Below are positions 40,918 to 53,369 of a stretch of 64,000 bases of DNA, in pieces. Source of the DNA: Eledone cirrhosa (Eukaryota). Under the pieces are notes generated by a model, which did no database searches, was not told the DNA's origin, and saw only the letters and a program-made list of their open reading frames with translations. Where the stretch lies: NCBI GenBank assembly GCA_964016885.1, contig OZ024747.1, forward strand, positions 15,748,001 through 15,812,000, in the 5' to 3' direction. Positions within the stretch are counted from its first letter, which is position 1; each line of letters starts with the position of its first letter. Position numbers and translations under genes: made by a program.

Positions 40918-41718
40918 ATCTCAAGTCCAGCCTCCAGCGCGCCTGGAGTTGGTCCATTGACTGGGATTTATACCTCAATGTCGATAAGTGTTGCCATATG
41001 GCAGTCGGTACACCTTATAACTCAGCTCTTACCTTCAACAGTGGCACTGCTCCTTTGAAGATCTTGGTCTGCTGGTCGACTCGTCCTTCAAACCATCAAA
41101 ACTTTGCATTCCAGCCGCAAACAAAGCAAGGAGCTCTCATTTTCTTAATCGACGCTCCTTTGTCAAACTCACTCCATAAATTGAATGAGACCGCACCTAG
41201 AATATGGCATCCAAGCATCAAACCCATACCTCATCCGGGATATCCATCACTTGGAGAGAGTTCAACGACTAGCGACTTCATTGGTACAGGGTCTTCATGA
41301 GCTGCCCTACGTAAGCCGGCACAGAAGCTGAACCTCTTCTCCTTGGAGCGTCGACGGCTACGAGGCGATCTCATTTTGGCTTACAATCTCTTCAATGGCC
41401 ATTACGATCTCCCTCAAGATCTCCTATTCACTCCGGCACGTGAAAGGGGTCTACGTGAACATGACAAAAAGCTGTTTCACCGCCGCTTTCGCCTAAATAG
41501 ACGGAAAAAAGCTGCTTTCTCGATCCACATCTCTGGTCCCTGGAATCGGCTCCCAGAAGAAGTAGTCAACGCACCAACCACGCAACAATTCAAGGTGAAA
41601 TTGGACCGGTGTTGGACCACTGTGTTTCCGACTGTGTAAATGTTGCCCCTCTCCCCTCCTTCCATGGCATCCGAAGCATCTATGTTTTATTTTCTGCCAA
41701 ATATATTAAATTGAATTG
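40918..41718 (+). mobile_element. CR1-type LINE 3' fragment (RT C-terminus and 3' UTR)
   Basis: LERRRLRGDLILAYNLFNG...RGLREHDKKL...WNRLPEEVVNAPT..FKVKLD; upstream frameshifted LERVQR motif. Confidence 0.8.
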
Positions 41719-42407
41719 AGTATATAGAGAGATAGATAGAGGGGAGAGAGAGAGAGAGAGAGAGGGGGGGAGAGAGAGGGGGGGGAGAGAGAGAGGGGGG
41801 GGGAGAGATGCACTATTGGTTGATAGCTAAATCGCTTGAAAAGATTGAGAGAGAGAAAATATAAGAGAGAGAAAGTATGATACATGGAATAAGAGAGACA
41901 AAATTGATGGAATTATTTTATAAGTTTAGATAAGTCATGAAATACATTCTTTCATTGAAATCATTTGACTGAAAGCATCATGAGGTTTGTGAAAAAAATC
42001 ATAATTTCCACAAACATCAAAGAACATATCACTTATGAGAATAACGTTTGAAAATAATTACAAGAATACGCAGCATATGACACGGTATCATTTGCTTGTA
42101 TCAATAAAGTAAAGGAATGATAGATGAGGTATATATACTTATATAGATATATATACTTATAGATATAGATATCTATACTTATAAATACAGATATATATAT
42201 ACTTATAGATGTAGATATATATATACTTATAAATATAGATACATATACTTTAAATATATATATAGTTGCCCACTGGTATTCGCGGGTGTTACGGCCCTAG
42301 AGCGTCTACAACAGGTGAAAAACCGCGAATACTGGACGAGGCCCATGAAAATGACTGTAAACGTCAAAATATGACGTAAAACATGAATTAAAAAATATAT
42401 AATATGT

Positions 42408-42507
42408 AATAATTGTTTCTACGTTAGACACAAGGCCAGCAATAACCCAGTGCATTACTGGTACTTTATTTTATCGACCCCGTAAGGATGAAAGGCAAAG
42501 TTAACCT
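42408..42507 (-). mobile_element. SINE family A 3' half nested in the Tigger-like element
   Basis: Family core, reverse complement. Confidence 0.75.
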
Positions 42508-43388
42508 ATATAATATTTAATAATGATATTTAATAATATATAATATTTAATAATGATTTAATAAAAAATACTGTAAAATGTACGGGTACTCACCAACAAT
42601 GAATAATCTCAATTCAAGGTGATGATGAAAATAATGAAGATAATGACTGCACAGCCAAAGCAGATTCCCTCATGTCGAAGTGTTAAATTCTCACTGTCGT
42701 TATCCTTTTGGCATTTTCACAGAAACATACTGCTACGGTAGTCCTGATCGCCGCCTAGTTCTTCTTTAAGCAGCGTACGGTGCTTTCGTTGACGCCATAT
42801 ATAGCGACCTACTGCGGCATAACCTTTGCCATTCTGGAGCATATACAGCAACTGTACCATCTCAATGAGCGTTATAACCTTTTTTCTTGCGTTTAGGTTC
42901 ATTGCCAGAAGCCTTAGAAGGCGTAGGGCGTTTGGGCGGCTAATTAGGGCTTTAATAAACACGCTGCGAAAAAAACAGCCCTCAGCAAAACAGTCGAGAT
43001 AGCTATTGGTCGCAGTTTTTCCCCCAATAAACGTACAAATAATCTTCTCTGCGTCTAATATGCGCATAGCACGAATGGGAGAACGAGCAGAGATTAAAAA
43101 CAGTCATGGTTTCAAAAGAAATAGTCAGTATGACTACAATATTTCCTATACAGTAATCTATACTATAATAAGAGAGGGGGGGGGGACCAGCAAGTGACCG
43201 TTTTCAATGAGGCTATATCTGCTCTCAGCCTCGAAAATTAGCCTGTTGAAATAAACAATGTTTATGATCAAATGTAGTGGTGATTAAAAACAGCACTGGT
43301 ATAAAATTAACGTTCAGTCCCTTGTATACCTTTGATTAGTCATCGCTAGCCCAATCAATACTAGTGCGCTTGATTGTATATATATATA

Positions 43389-43609
43389 TAGGAACGAGTA
43401 GGACCCCGACGGCTGAGCTCAAGCCGTTTCGACGGCTAATTCTGGACGGTTAAGTCCAGAATTCGACGGCTAAGTCCAGAATTAGCCGTCGAAACGGCTT
43501 GAGCTCAACCGTCGGGGTCCTACACGTTCCTATTACCCACTCTACTACCCTTAGTATTGAGTACTTTGGTGCGTTATTGTCCACCCGGTTCCTTACCACA
43601 TTTCCTTCG

Positions 43610-43612
<3 letters not shown>
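43389..43612 (+). mobile_element. Inverted/truncated hammerhead-bearing terminal-repeat insertion (family also at ~44062-44190, ~44671-44722, ~46450-46588)
   Basis: Arms 43389-43447 and 43474-43532; GACGGCTAA..TTAGCCGTC-GAAAC-GG..CC-GTC-GGGGTC gives stem II, GAAA, stem III and a GUC site but no CUGANGA. Confidence 0.7.
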
Positions 43613-43652
<40 letters not shown>

Positions 43653-44034
43653 AAATACTTCCAATACAACGAGAGGTTGTTGAGAGACAAATACAAGAGA
43701 GTGTATGTGTGTGTGTATGTGTGGAATATAGATAGATGTCACCGTACTAATTAACAAACTTTGATTGAAAACACAGGAACAAGAGATACAAGATACAGTG
43801 TACTTGTATTTAAAGCAAACAAGCGACGTGATGCACGGCTATTCTAATCAAAGGGAACGTCCTATGCTAAGGGTCGTTGAATAGGCCGGCGAATACGGTT
43901 ACATTTCTGTCAATAAATTACCGTTAAAAAGAGTTAAAAAAATAATTACCATGAAAAAAGCCATAAAAAATATCGTAGAAGATATTTACGATTCCGCGAA
44001 TAACCGGGACAGCGGATGTCGGGGGTTCACTAAG

Positions 44035-44065
<31 letters not shown>

Positions 44066-44203
44066 GAGGGCTATTTCAGAAATAGACGTCGGGTTCATAC
44101 TTTTTCCTATTACCCACTCTACTACCCTAAGTATTGAGTACTCTGGTGCGTGATGGTCCATCTGATTCCTTACCACAATTCCTTCGTTACTTATATATAT
44201 ATA

Positions 44204-44238
<35 letters not shown>

Positions 44239-44249
44239 TTATTAAAATG

Positions 44250-44302
44250 GAGTTTCAGAAGATCCCGTTAAGGGTGAAAGCAGCGATTCTTTGCTTAAAC
44301 TT
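44250..44302 (+). ncRNA. Hammerhead-like motif with variant core CAGAAGA
   Basis: GAGTTT-CAGAAGA-T-CCC gttaa GGG-T-GAAA-GCA..TGC-TT-AAACTT; all three stems pair. Confidence 0.5.
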
Positions 44303-44324
44303 TAGTCTTCAAATTTATTATTAT

Positions 44325-44378
<54 letters not shown>

Positions 44379-44638
44379 GTTAGGTTTCTTTTACAAAATG
44401 GAAAAAAAACGAGGTGCCTATACGAGTGAAAGTATAAGGGAAAAAGATGTAATCGAAAATGCAACTGAAGTCTTTTTTTTTTAAATATATTTATTTAGTT
44501 CCTTTACCGGTTTCGCAGTTCTTGTGCTTTTCAAAAGTAGAATTGAGATGGAGGGTTTGTGGTTTTTCTCATATATATATATAAACCTAATATATACCTT
44601 CCATATACTGTACAGATTGTGTTGTTATTTCTTTATAC

Positions 44639-44673
<35 letters not shown>

Positions 44674-44724
44674 CTGTCGAAACAGCCGGATCTCAGCCGT
44701 CGGGATCCTGACTCTTTTCCTATA

Positions 44725-44768
<44 letters not shown>

Positions 44769-45720
44769 AATTTATATATAAGTAGAACACTATTTTATCA
44801 TTCGACGCGTTTCTAATTTATTTCATCAATTTATCGATGTTGCTATACGTATTACATCATATAAACGCCACATTTTGTTACGAAGGTGAAAGAGAGATTT
44901 AAAAACGTCGGTTTCGGCGACAAATATCCTAGTTATTCCATCAACGGAATGGTTTGCTCGCGAAATTACCCTTCATGTAGCTGAATATTCTAAAGGCACG
45001 TCTACACTTTCAAAGACATTCATCATGGAACCGTGTGCGGTAAGGCTGACTCTTTGATTTACAGGTACAAACCATCCGACGGGCTTCCAAAAGTTTTCGT
45101 TCACTATTTCACTCTCCAGATCTTTTTTGATGCCATGCAGTAAGATGAAACAGATATTGTAAAGTTATATAGTGAAGTATATATGTGAAGAGAGATTCTG
45201 CAGAACAAATTGGTGTTGATGATGATGATACGAATAGCTTTACTGCAAGTAATGTTGACAAAAGTAATTATATAAGACTAAATATTAAAGATGATGTATG
45301 AAGACGAACGCACAATAAACAAGAGGTATTACACAGCTGTTTACTTTATCGCCTATAATAAGTATATTTAATCAATATCCTAGGTTAGGAAAACAATATC
45401 CATTGACTTTATAGGCCTTTATTACCGATGTGAGCTACATTTGTTCAATTTAACGATTTTCCATATGAACGCTCACTCAAAGATGCAAATAATGCAACTG
45501 GTTATATAGTTAGGTGACTAGATAAATAGAAAGTCACACACAGACACACACACACAGACACACACTCATATGTGTGTGTCTGTCTGAATGTGTGTGTTTA
45601 AATAGACATATATATGAATGTATATATAGTGTATTTTGCAATACACTATATGCTTAATTAAAAGCATTTTGAAGACCTTGGGCTATTGTTTTAGAGTAGT
45701 GACAGTCTCACTTACTTTAA

Positions 45721-45816
45721 ATTTTCAGCAAACAGGGGGAGATAAAGCTGACAGAGCTCTGTTTCGTACTATTTGGTACTTATCAAAGCTAAGTATTCCA
45801 CCTGTTTGCTGAAAAT
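45721..45816 (-). ncRNA. Type I hammerhead ribozyme (same family), core 45746-45790
   Basis: Core is the exact reverse complement of 46335-46379. Confidence 0.85.
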
Positions 45817-46038
45817 CATGAATGTTTGATTCTTATAGAATTCTAGTAATAATCAGGAACTGATTATACAGAGCGGTTGCCGGTCAAGCAGAAATTGAAA
45901 ATTAGAATTGGTGCTCTGAAATAGCGATATATATATGATTGTATATATAGTGTATTTTGCAATACACTGTATGCTTAATTAAAAGCATTTTGAAGACCTT
46001 ACGCTATTGTTTTAGAGTGACAGTCTCACTTACTTTAA

Positions 46039-46134
46039 ATTTTCAGCAAACAGAAGGTGATGAAGCTGACAGAGCTCTGTTTCATACTTTTTGGTACTTA
46101 TCAAAGCTAAGTACTCCACCCGTTTGCTGAAAAT
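46039..46134 (-). ncRNA. Type I hammerhead ribozyme (same family), core 46064-46108
   Basis: Stem II GTAC/GTAT (G-U wobble); 318 nt from the previous copy. Confidence 0.75.
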
Positions 46135-46308
46135 CATGAATTCTAGTAATAATCAGGAACTGATTATACAGAGCGGTTGCTGATCAATTCATATATATCG
46201 CTATTTCAGAGCACCAATTCTAATTTTCAATTTCTGCTTGACCGCCAACCGCTCTGTATAATCAGTTCCTGATTATTACTAGAATTCTATAAGAATGAAA
46301 CATTCCTA

Positions 46309-46404
46309 ATTTTCAGCAAACAGGTAGCGTACTTAGCTTTGATAAGTACCAAATAGTACGAAACAGAGCTCTGTCAGCTTTATTCCCCCCTGTTTGCTGA
46401 AAAT
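46309..46404 (+). ncRNA. Type I hammerhead ribozyme, U3-A8 core variant, with extended stem I
   Basis: ttttcagcaaacagg..AGCT-TTGATAA-GTAC caaata GTAC-GAAAC-AGAGCTCT-GTC-AGCT..cctgtttgctgaaaa; GUC at 46373-46375. Confidence 0.85.
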
Positions 46405-46608
46405 TTAAAGTAAGTGAGACTGACACTACTCTAAAACAATAGCGTAAGTAACCAGGTGCACCATAACGCACCAAAGTACTCGATACTGGGTAGTAGAGTG
46501 GGTAATAGGAAAAGAGTCAGGACCCGACGTTCAGATTTAGCTGTCGGAACGGCCGGAGCTCAGCCGGCGGGGTCCTAACACTGTTCATATATATATATAT
46601 ATACATAC

Positions 46609-46737
<129 letters not shown>

Positions 46738-46739
46738 CA

Positions 46740-46962
<223 letters not shown>

Positions 46963-47098
46963 TGGTGCTCTGAAATAGCGATATATATATGAATGTATAT
47001 ATAGTGTATTTTGTAATACACTGTATGCTTAATTAAAAGCATTTCGAAGATTTTACGCTATTGTTTTAGAGTAGTGACAGTCTCACTTACTTTAAATG

Positions 47099-47188
47099 TT
47101 CAGCAAACAAGGGGAGATAAAGCTGACAGAGCTCTGTTTCGTACTTTTTGCTACTTATCAAAGCTAAGTACTCCACTTGTTTGCTGAA
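47099..47188 (-). ncRNA. Type I hammerhead ribozyme (same family), core 47121-47165
   Basis: One mismatch in stem II; core otherwise intact. Confidence 0.7.
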
Positions 47189-47282
47189 AATTATGAATGT
47201 TTGATTCTTATAGAATTCTAGTAATAATTAGGAACTGATTATACAGAGCGGTTGCTATATATACAGAGAGAGAGAGGGGGAG

Positions 47283-47324
<42 letters not shown>

Positions 47325-47746
47325 GAGAGAGAGAGAGAGAAATATATACATACTATATATTTATATATATACATATATAAGTGTGTTGGTGGCTATATTT
47401 GAAGATATTTTGGGATTATTTCATATAAGCGTTTGATGATATATGTGAGGAATTGTCTGATTACTTGAAAATGTGAATATCAAAAACTGTTAGAAGACAG
47501 AGAGAAAATCAAATTAGTTCTGAATGTTTGAGTTCGAAAAATAAGATTAGAAGAAAATGGTGAAGGGGAGGGGGATGAGTGGAGGAAATGAAACAAAGAA
47601 AACTGAAAGGTACTAACCTAACTCAATGTATGTTTTGTGTATATATGTGTATATATGTGTATATATGTGCTTGTATATAAAGATCCACTTTATTTGTTTG
47701 TAGATACATATATAGATGTTTATGAAAGTGTTGTTCGTTTTGTTTA

Positions 47747-47810
<64 letters not shown>

Positions 47811-47835
47811 GCGGTAACTAGGTTTTGTGTGTATT

Positions 47836-47940
47836 GAAGAAGAAGAAGAAGAAGAAGAAGAAGAAGAAGAAGAAGAAGAAGAAGAAGAAGAAGAAGAAGA
47901 AGAAGAAGAAGAAGAAGAAGAAGAAGGAGAAGAAGAAGAA
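47836..47940. repeat. (GAA)n microsatellite
   Basis: Direct reading. Confidence 0.95.
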
Positions 47941-48409
47941 ATTATCCGAACTTAACAAAATACAACGAAATGAGTGAGAAATAAAGAAGAGAAGAGAAAA
48001 TAAAGTCTTAGTTTCGCTGGAAGGAATAACGATGAGCGCTAAGGAAATATGCATGTGTCTCAAGGCAGCTCTCTTCTACAAGATGTTCTTCTATTTCATT
48101 TGTTATTTTTTAAATTTTTTTTGCCTTTTTCTTGTTGTTTTCAGCATTCTACTTACAGCAGCAATACAATTTTGACTGTTATCAACAACAAATAAGAGAA
48201 GTAGCAAAAATATATCTCAAAGCCAGCCTTTCAGCAGTTTTAATTGTCTCGGGAGTACAGTCTTATTAGCTCAAATTGGTTATCAAAAGGACTCCAGAAT
48301 TGAGATAGTTAGAACGGCAAATTTTCTTAAAATTGTCGCTTGTCTCTTAAGGCGAAAAGATTTTCATAACTGCAAATAACGAAATTTTCCTCAATTCTTT
48401 TGTTGTTGG

Positions 48410-49423
48410 TGCAGCTATGGTTGTTTTTGTTTTTATTTGTTATGATGTTGTTGTTGTTGTTAGTGGTGGTGGTGGTAGTGGTATTTGTGGTGTTGTTACT
48501 GATGCTTTAGTTTGTGGTGTTAATGGTGGTGATTGTGATGGTGGTGTTGTTAGTGGTGATGGTGGTGGTGGTTTTGATGGTGGTGTTGGTGGTGGTGTTG
48601 GTGTTGTTGCTGATGTTGTTGTTTGTGGTGTTAATGGTGGTGATTGTTATGGTGTTGTTGTTAGTGGTGGCGGCGGTGGTGGTGGTGTTGGTGGTATTTG
48701 TGGTGCTGTTTCTGATGTTGTTGTTTGTGGTGTTAATGGTGGTGATTGTGATGGTGTTGTAAATATTGTTGGTGTTATTGGTGATGTTTATGATGGTGTT
48801 GTTAATGGTTGTTCTTCTGATAATGCTTTTTGTGGCATTATTATTGCTGATGGTGATGGTGTTGCTGATGTTGTTGGTGGTGGTGGTGCTGCTATTTTGT
48901 AGGAAGGGGTCCTGTTATTCTTGTGTGTGTTGGTGGTGAAGATATTGAGATTATTTGCGCTGGAAGTCTCACTTATTTTGGTGGTAATGGTGGCTGTTGT
49001 AGTTTTCATGTTGTGGCTATTGTGGTGGTGGTGATGGTGGCGGTGGGGATATTTATATTAGTGATTATTGTTGTTGTTAGTGTTGTTAATCGTTGTTGGT
49101 GATGGTTGTGCAGGTCTGAGCTTATGGCATGGCGCTGACCACTGCAGTAATAAAATAGTCTAGGTGGCGAGGGTAATGGATTATGACAGTATGTTGGGGT
49201 ATGATGGATGATGATGGTGTTGAAAGTGATGATACTAGAGAGGATTTCGATGTGATGGGCAATGATGGTGGGGAGAGGCGGTGAGTGCAATGAGGGTGGT
49301 GTGATAATTTACTATGATAGTGATGATGGATGAAGATGTAGTTGATGATGATGACGGTGATGATAGTGTTTAAGGTTGTGACAGCGAGGTCTTGGTGCTG
49401 TTGTTAATAACAGCAGCAGTACC

Positions 49424-49493
<70 letters not shown>

Positions 49494-49740
49494 AGTGAGA
49501 TGCTGGCGGGGTGATTCAGGTATTGTTGCTGTTGGTGTTGTTTGAGAAGGTAGTGTGGGTTTTTGAGAAGGTGGTGGCGGTGATGTTTCTGATTTTGCTG
49601 GTGGTGTTGCTTGAGATGGTGGTATTGGTGCTGGGGATGATAGACGAGTGTGCCGGTGGTGATAATACCAGTTTAAGTAGAAATGATAGTGATAATCATA
49701 GATGTAATAGTGGGGATAATTTATAATGGTAGTAGCAGTG
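48410..49740. repeat. (GGT/GTT/GTA)n low-complexity region
   Basis: Direct reading; G/V-rich ORFs follow from the composition. Confidence 0.75.
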
Positions 49741-50264
49741 TTTTTCTTTAGGAGGCGAGCAGGAGTAGGTTATAGCTTTCCATACCCCCCTCTCTCTCGC
49801 TCTCACTCTAGCTCTCTTTCTACTTCTTTACACAATCTGTAGTAGAAGAGTATTATTAGCAAACTGTTTGAAAAATACAATTGCCTGGAGATGATATATT
49901 GAAATTAAAAGTTGTTTTCTTGGTAATTGGCGAAATAAATAGGAAAGAAGGCAACATAAATAAAATAAATTATGTAAAGTAACATTTAAATGTCAAAATT
50001 TGATTAAATTCTATCTTATTTTCATTCAGAATTTTATTGTAAGAAGCACACATCTCAACGTTTCTCTAAATATGAACAACAAACCATCCATGCAATGGTG
50101 GTGTTGATTTATACAATAACATTCAAATAGGTAAAAGATTGAAAGAACGCGTATAGACAGAGAGCGCGTGGCTGTGAACCGTGAAACTCACCCTTCACAT
50201 TAAAAATCTCTGTTCAACGTATCAGTTAGTAAAGAATAATGCTTTTCATTATTCTCCACTCTAA

Positions 50265-50488
50265 GGGCGGTGTATTGGCAGTATCGGTAGAGCGTCGAAC
50301 ACCGTGCTTTGCAGCATAGAGTTATGGTCATTTACGGTCTGAGTTCAAATCCCGCCGATGTTAACTTTGCCTTTCATCCTTAAGAGTGTCTATAAAATAA
50401 AGTACCAGTCACACACCGGGGTCGATTTAAACGACTTTCCCCTCCCTCACAAAATTGCTGGTCTAGTGTCTATGTAAGAAACCATTAT
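50265..50488 (+). mobile_element. SINE family A, full length, with apparent target-site duplication (cattattctccactc on both sides)
   Basis: A/B boxes and core; cattattctccactc at ~50247 and ~50483. Confidence 0.85.
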
Positions 50489-50990
50489 TCTCCACTCCAA
50501 ACCGCAAAAACAAATATGAACTTCAATATCTTCACCAGAACTGCTAGGAATCCTAGCTGATTCTCAATAAATTCCATTCTAAATATTCAATAAGTTACTA
50601 CGAACTGTACATAAATGTACTTCACCTTCATAAGTAGACAAGAGTCAGGTACGTAGCTTTGCAGTATATATATATATATATATATATATATGCAAAAGTT
50701 TTATTTTAAATGTTGGGTTACAACGAGTAAATATTTTATAACTGATATAAAAGCACTCAACTGGTTTTGGAGTATATATAATGAAATACATATGGTTTTA
50801 TAAATGTAATTTCCATTTGTTTAATATCGTATATATATATCAGATCAAAAGATGGTTAAAAGAGTTCCATGTATTTTATTATGCGCATTTCAAAAACATT
50901 CCATTCTAAATATTCAATAAGTTACTACGAACTGTACATGAATGTACTTCACCTACATAAGTAGACAAGAGTCAGGTACGTAGCTTTGCA

Positions 50991-51071
<81 letters not shown>

Positions 51072-51202
51072 AACGTTTTATTTAAAATGTTGGGTTACAA
51101 CGAGTAAATATTTTATAACTGATATAAAAGCACTCAACAAGTTTTGGAGTATATATAATGAAATAAATATGGTTTTATAAATGTAATTTCCATTTGTTTA
51201 AT

Positions 51203-51240
<38 letters not shown>

Positions 51241-51247
<7 letters not shown>

Positions 51248-51780
51248 AAGTTAAATAAAAGTCAAATGATTAAAATTTAGCTTCGTTTATTACTGCTATA
51301 TATATTTCAGTGACAGCCATCTTTGGCTGTGACCTCTTCAGGCAGTTTGAATTAGTATGGTATAGACAAGTACATATGTTGTTTAGGTGTATGATATTGT
51401 CAATACTCTGATATGCCCAGTTCCTTGCTGGGTTGTTAATTCACTGGGGAACTGGAGTCATATGACTCCAGTTCCCCAGTGAATTAACAACCCAGCAAGG
51501 AACTGGGCATATCAGAGTATTGACAATATCATACACCTAAACAACATATGTACTTGTCTATACCATACTAATTCAAACTGCCTGAAGAGGTCACAGCCAA
51601 AGATGGCTGTCACTGAAATATATATAGCAGTAATAAACGAAGCTAAATTTTAATCATTTGACTTTTATTTAACTTTATTTTACACTACTCCGGAGTAACC
51701 AAACCAACCTGCGCACTTCGTCGAGTGCTCCAGCCTGCATACTGAGGTGTTGGTATACAACCAACATAAACTCAAAATCT
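51241..51780. mobile_element. 442-bp perfect palindrome (51241-51682) plus ~100-bp tail; inverted Penelope-type terminal repeat
   Basis: Centre gagtcat|atgactc at 51461/51462; inserted in (TA)n. Confidence 0.88.
51577..51631 (+). ncRNA. Minimal type I hammerhead ribozyme (mirror copy at 51292-51346, minus strand)
   Basis: ACTGC-CTGAAGA-GGT c ACAGCCA aaga TGGCTGT c ACT-GAAA-TATATA-TA-GCAGT; palindromic stem III, AUA site. Confidence 0.82.
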
Positions 51781-52109
51781 ATATATATATATATATATAT
51801 ATCAGATCAAAAGATGGTTAAAAGAGTTCCATGTATTTTATTATGCGCATTTCAAAAACAAATATCATCATGCGATGACATTTGCGTTTTCGTCAGATAA
51901 AATAGGGAGACATAATATGAAGGTTAAAAAACACTTGTGAATAGTGCAGTTTTAAATCAACATATGAAAAGTAGTTTTAGATTGATGTGTGATATTTGGA
52001 GAAAAATATAGAGGGGGGGTGGAAAGGATGAAAAAGAAGAGGAGATGAGAGTAAAGAATGGAGGGGGAGGAGTATAATAAGGAAGGATGAGATAGGAGGA
52101 GAGAACAAT

Positions 52110-53369
52110 ATACGTAATCACTTTAACCAACATAACTTAAAAATTGAATTTGATAACAACATCAAACTAGCTAATTTCTTGGATATATTTCTGAATCTTG
52201 ACACTGACCATAAATCTTACGCTAACCATAAAAACAATGAGAATCTAAATTATGTTAATTTTAAATCTAACCACCCCACTAATATTAAGAATGCTATAGT
52301 TAGTAATATTGGAAAAAGAATATCCAACCTATCATCTAATAAAAACATCTTTGATGCTAACGCCAATTACTATAATAACGCGCTTTCTAAAGCCGGTTAT
52401 CCTGATAAAATCAAATATAGTAAAGAAACAAATTCTAGAAGATCTTACAGTAGAATGATTAATCATGATCATTCCAATAACTTTAATAAAAGACCTAGAT
52501 ACAAAAATATAATCTGGTATAATGCTTCTTTTTCCATCTCTATTAATATTCCTAAATTATTCTTTAGTGCCTTAAATAAATGCTTCCCTCCCTATAGTAA
52601 AATATTTAACAAACACACTATAAACTTTTCCTTATCGACCTCCTCCAACATCTCCAACATTATCTCTAAACACAACAATAAAATACTAAATACTAAATCT
52701 CTTCCTTCCAACACTAAATATCATAATAATAGTAATAGTACTCCCGACGTCATTGTTAACTCTAGGCTAATTTCTGCAAACCCAAATACAATGTCAAACG
52801 CAACTTCGTTAAATGTTCTTAATCCCAAACTAAATAAAAAAACTATTATTCCTATCGTAAATAACTTCTCCAATCCAATTCCTTCTATAGATAACTCTAG
52901 GTCACTTGTTAATAACTCTGTTAATTTCTCTAATCGCAATTGTAATTGCCCTGTTTAAAATAAATGTCCTCTCAACAACCATTGTCTTGAAAAAAACTTA
53001 ATCTGCGAATGTAAAGTTAGAACTGACACCAATTCCTTTACCTATTTTGGCTCCACTTCCACCTCCTTTAAAGCTCATCTTTATAATCATCATTCGTCTT
53101 TTAAATACCAACTTAAAAGAACCAACACGGCACTCTCAGAACTCATATGGTCCTTGAAAGACAAAAATATTAACTATAACATCTCTTGGAGGAAGGTTTG
53201 TTCTGCTTCTACATACTTGAATGCTTCTCTATCCAAGACATGTAATCTCTGTCTATGTGAGAAATTTACCATTATATCTCATTTAGATTCTATAATAAAT
53301 AGACGCACTGACTTGTTTTCTCTCTGCTTGCATAATTTCCACAGAACATTCCATAAAGTATACAGCTAA
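52110..53369 (+). pseudogene. 5'-truncated Penelope-like (Naiad-type) RT thumb + GIY-YIG, one in-frame TAA at 52956-52958
   Basis: NFLDIFLNL, YVNFKSNHP, RISNLSS, NIIWYN, CNC..KCPL..C, YFGST..FK, LSELIWSLKD, CNLCLCEK; homologous to 28250-29291. Confidence 0.85.

Larger units (their letters stand above)
42263..44033 (-). mobile_element. pogo/Tigger-like DNA transposon remnant with nested insertions
   Basis: CENP-B-like HTH remnant RKKVITLIEMVQLLYMLQNGKGYAAVGRY/GVNESTVR (~42760-42900); subterminal inverted motifs gtattcgcgg (42276) and ccgcgaataac (~43995). Confidence 0.6.
50571..51858. repeat. Local ~327-bp tandem duplication; second copy interrupted by the palindromic HHR element
   Basis: attccattctaaatattcaataag at 50571 and 50898; cagatcaaaagatgg...caaaaac at 50841 and 51803. 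Confidence 0.85.
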
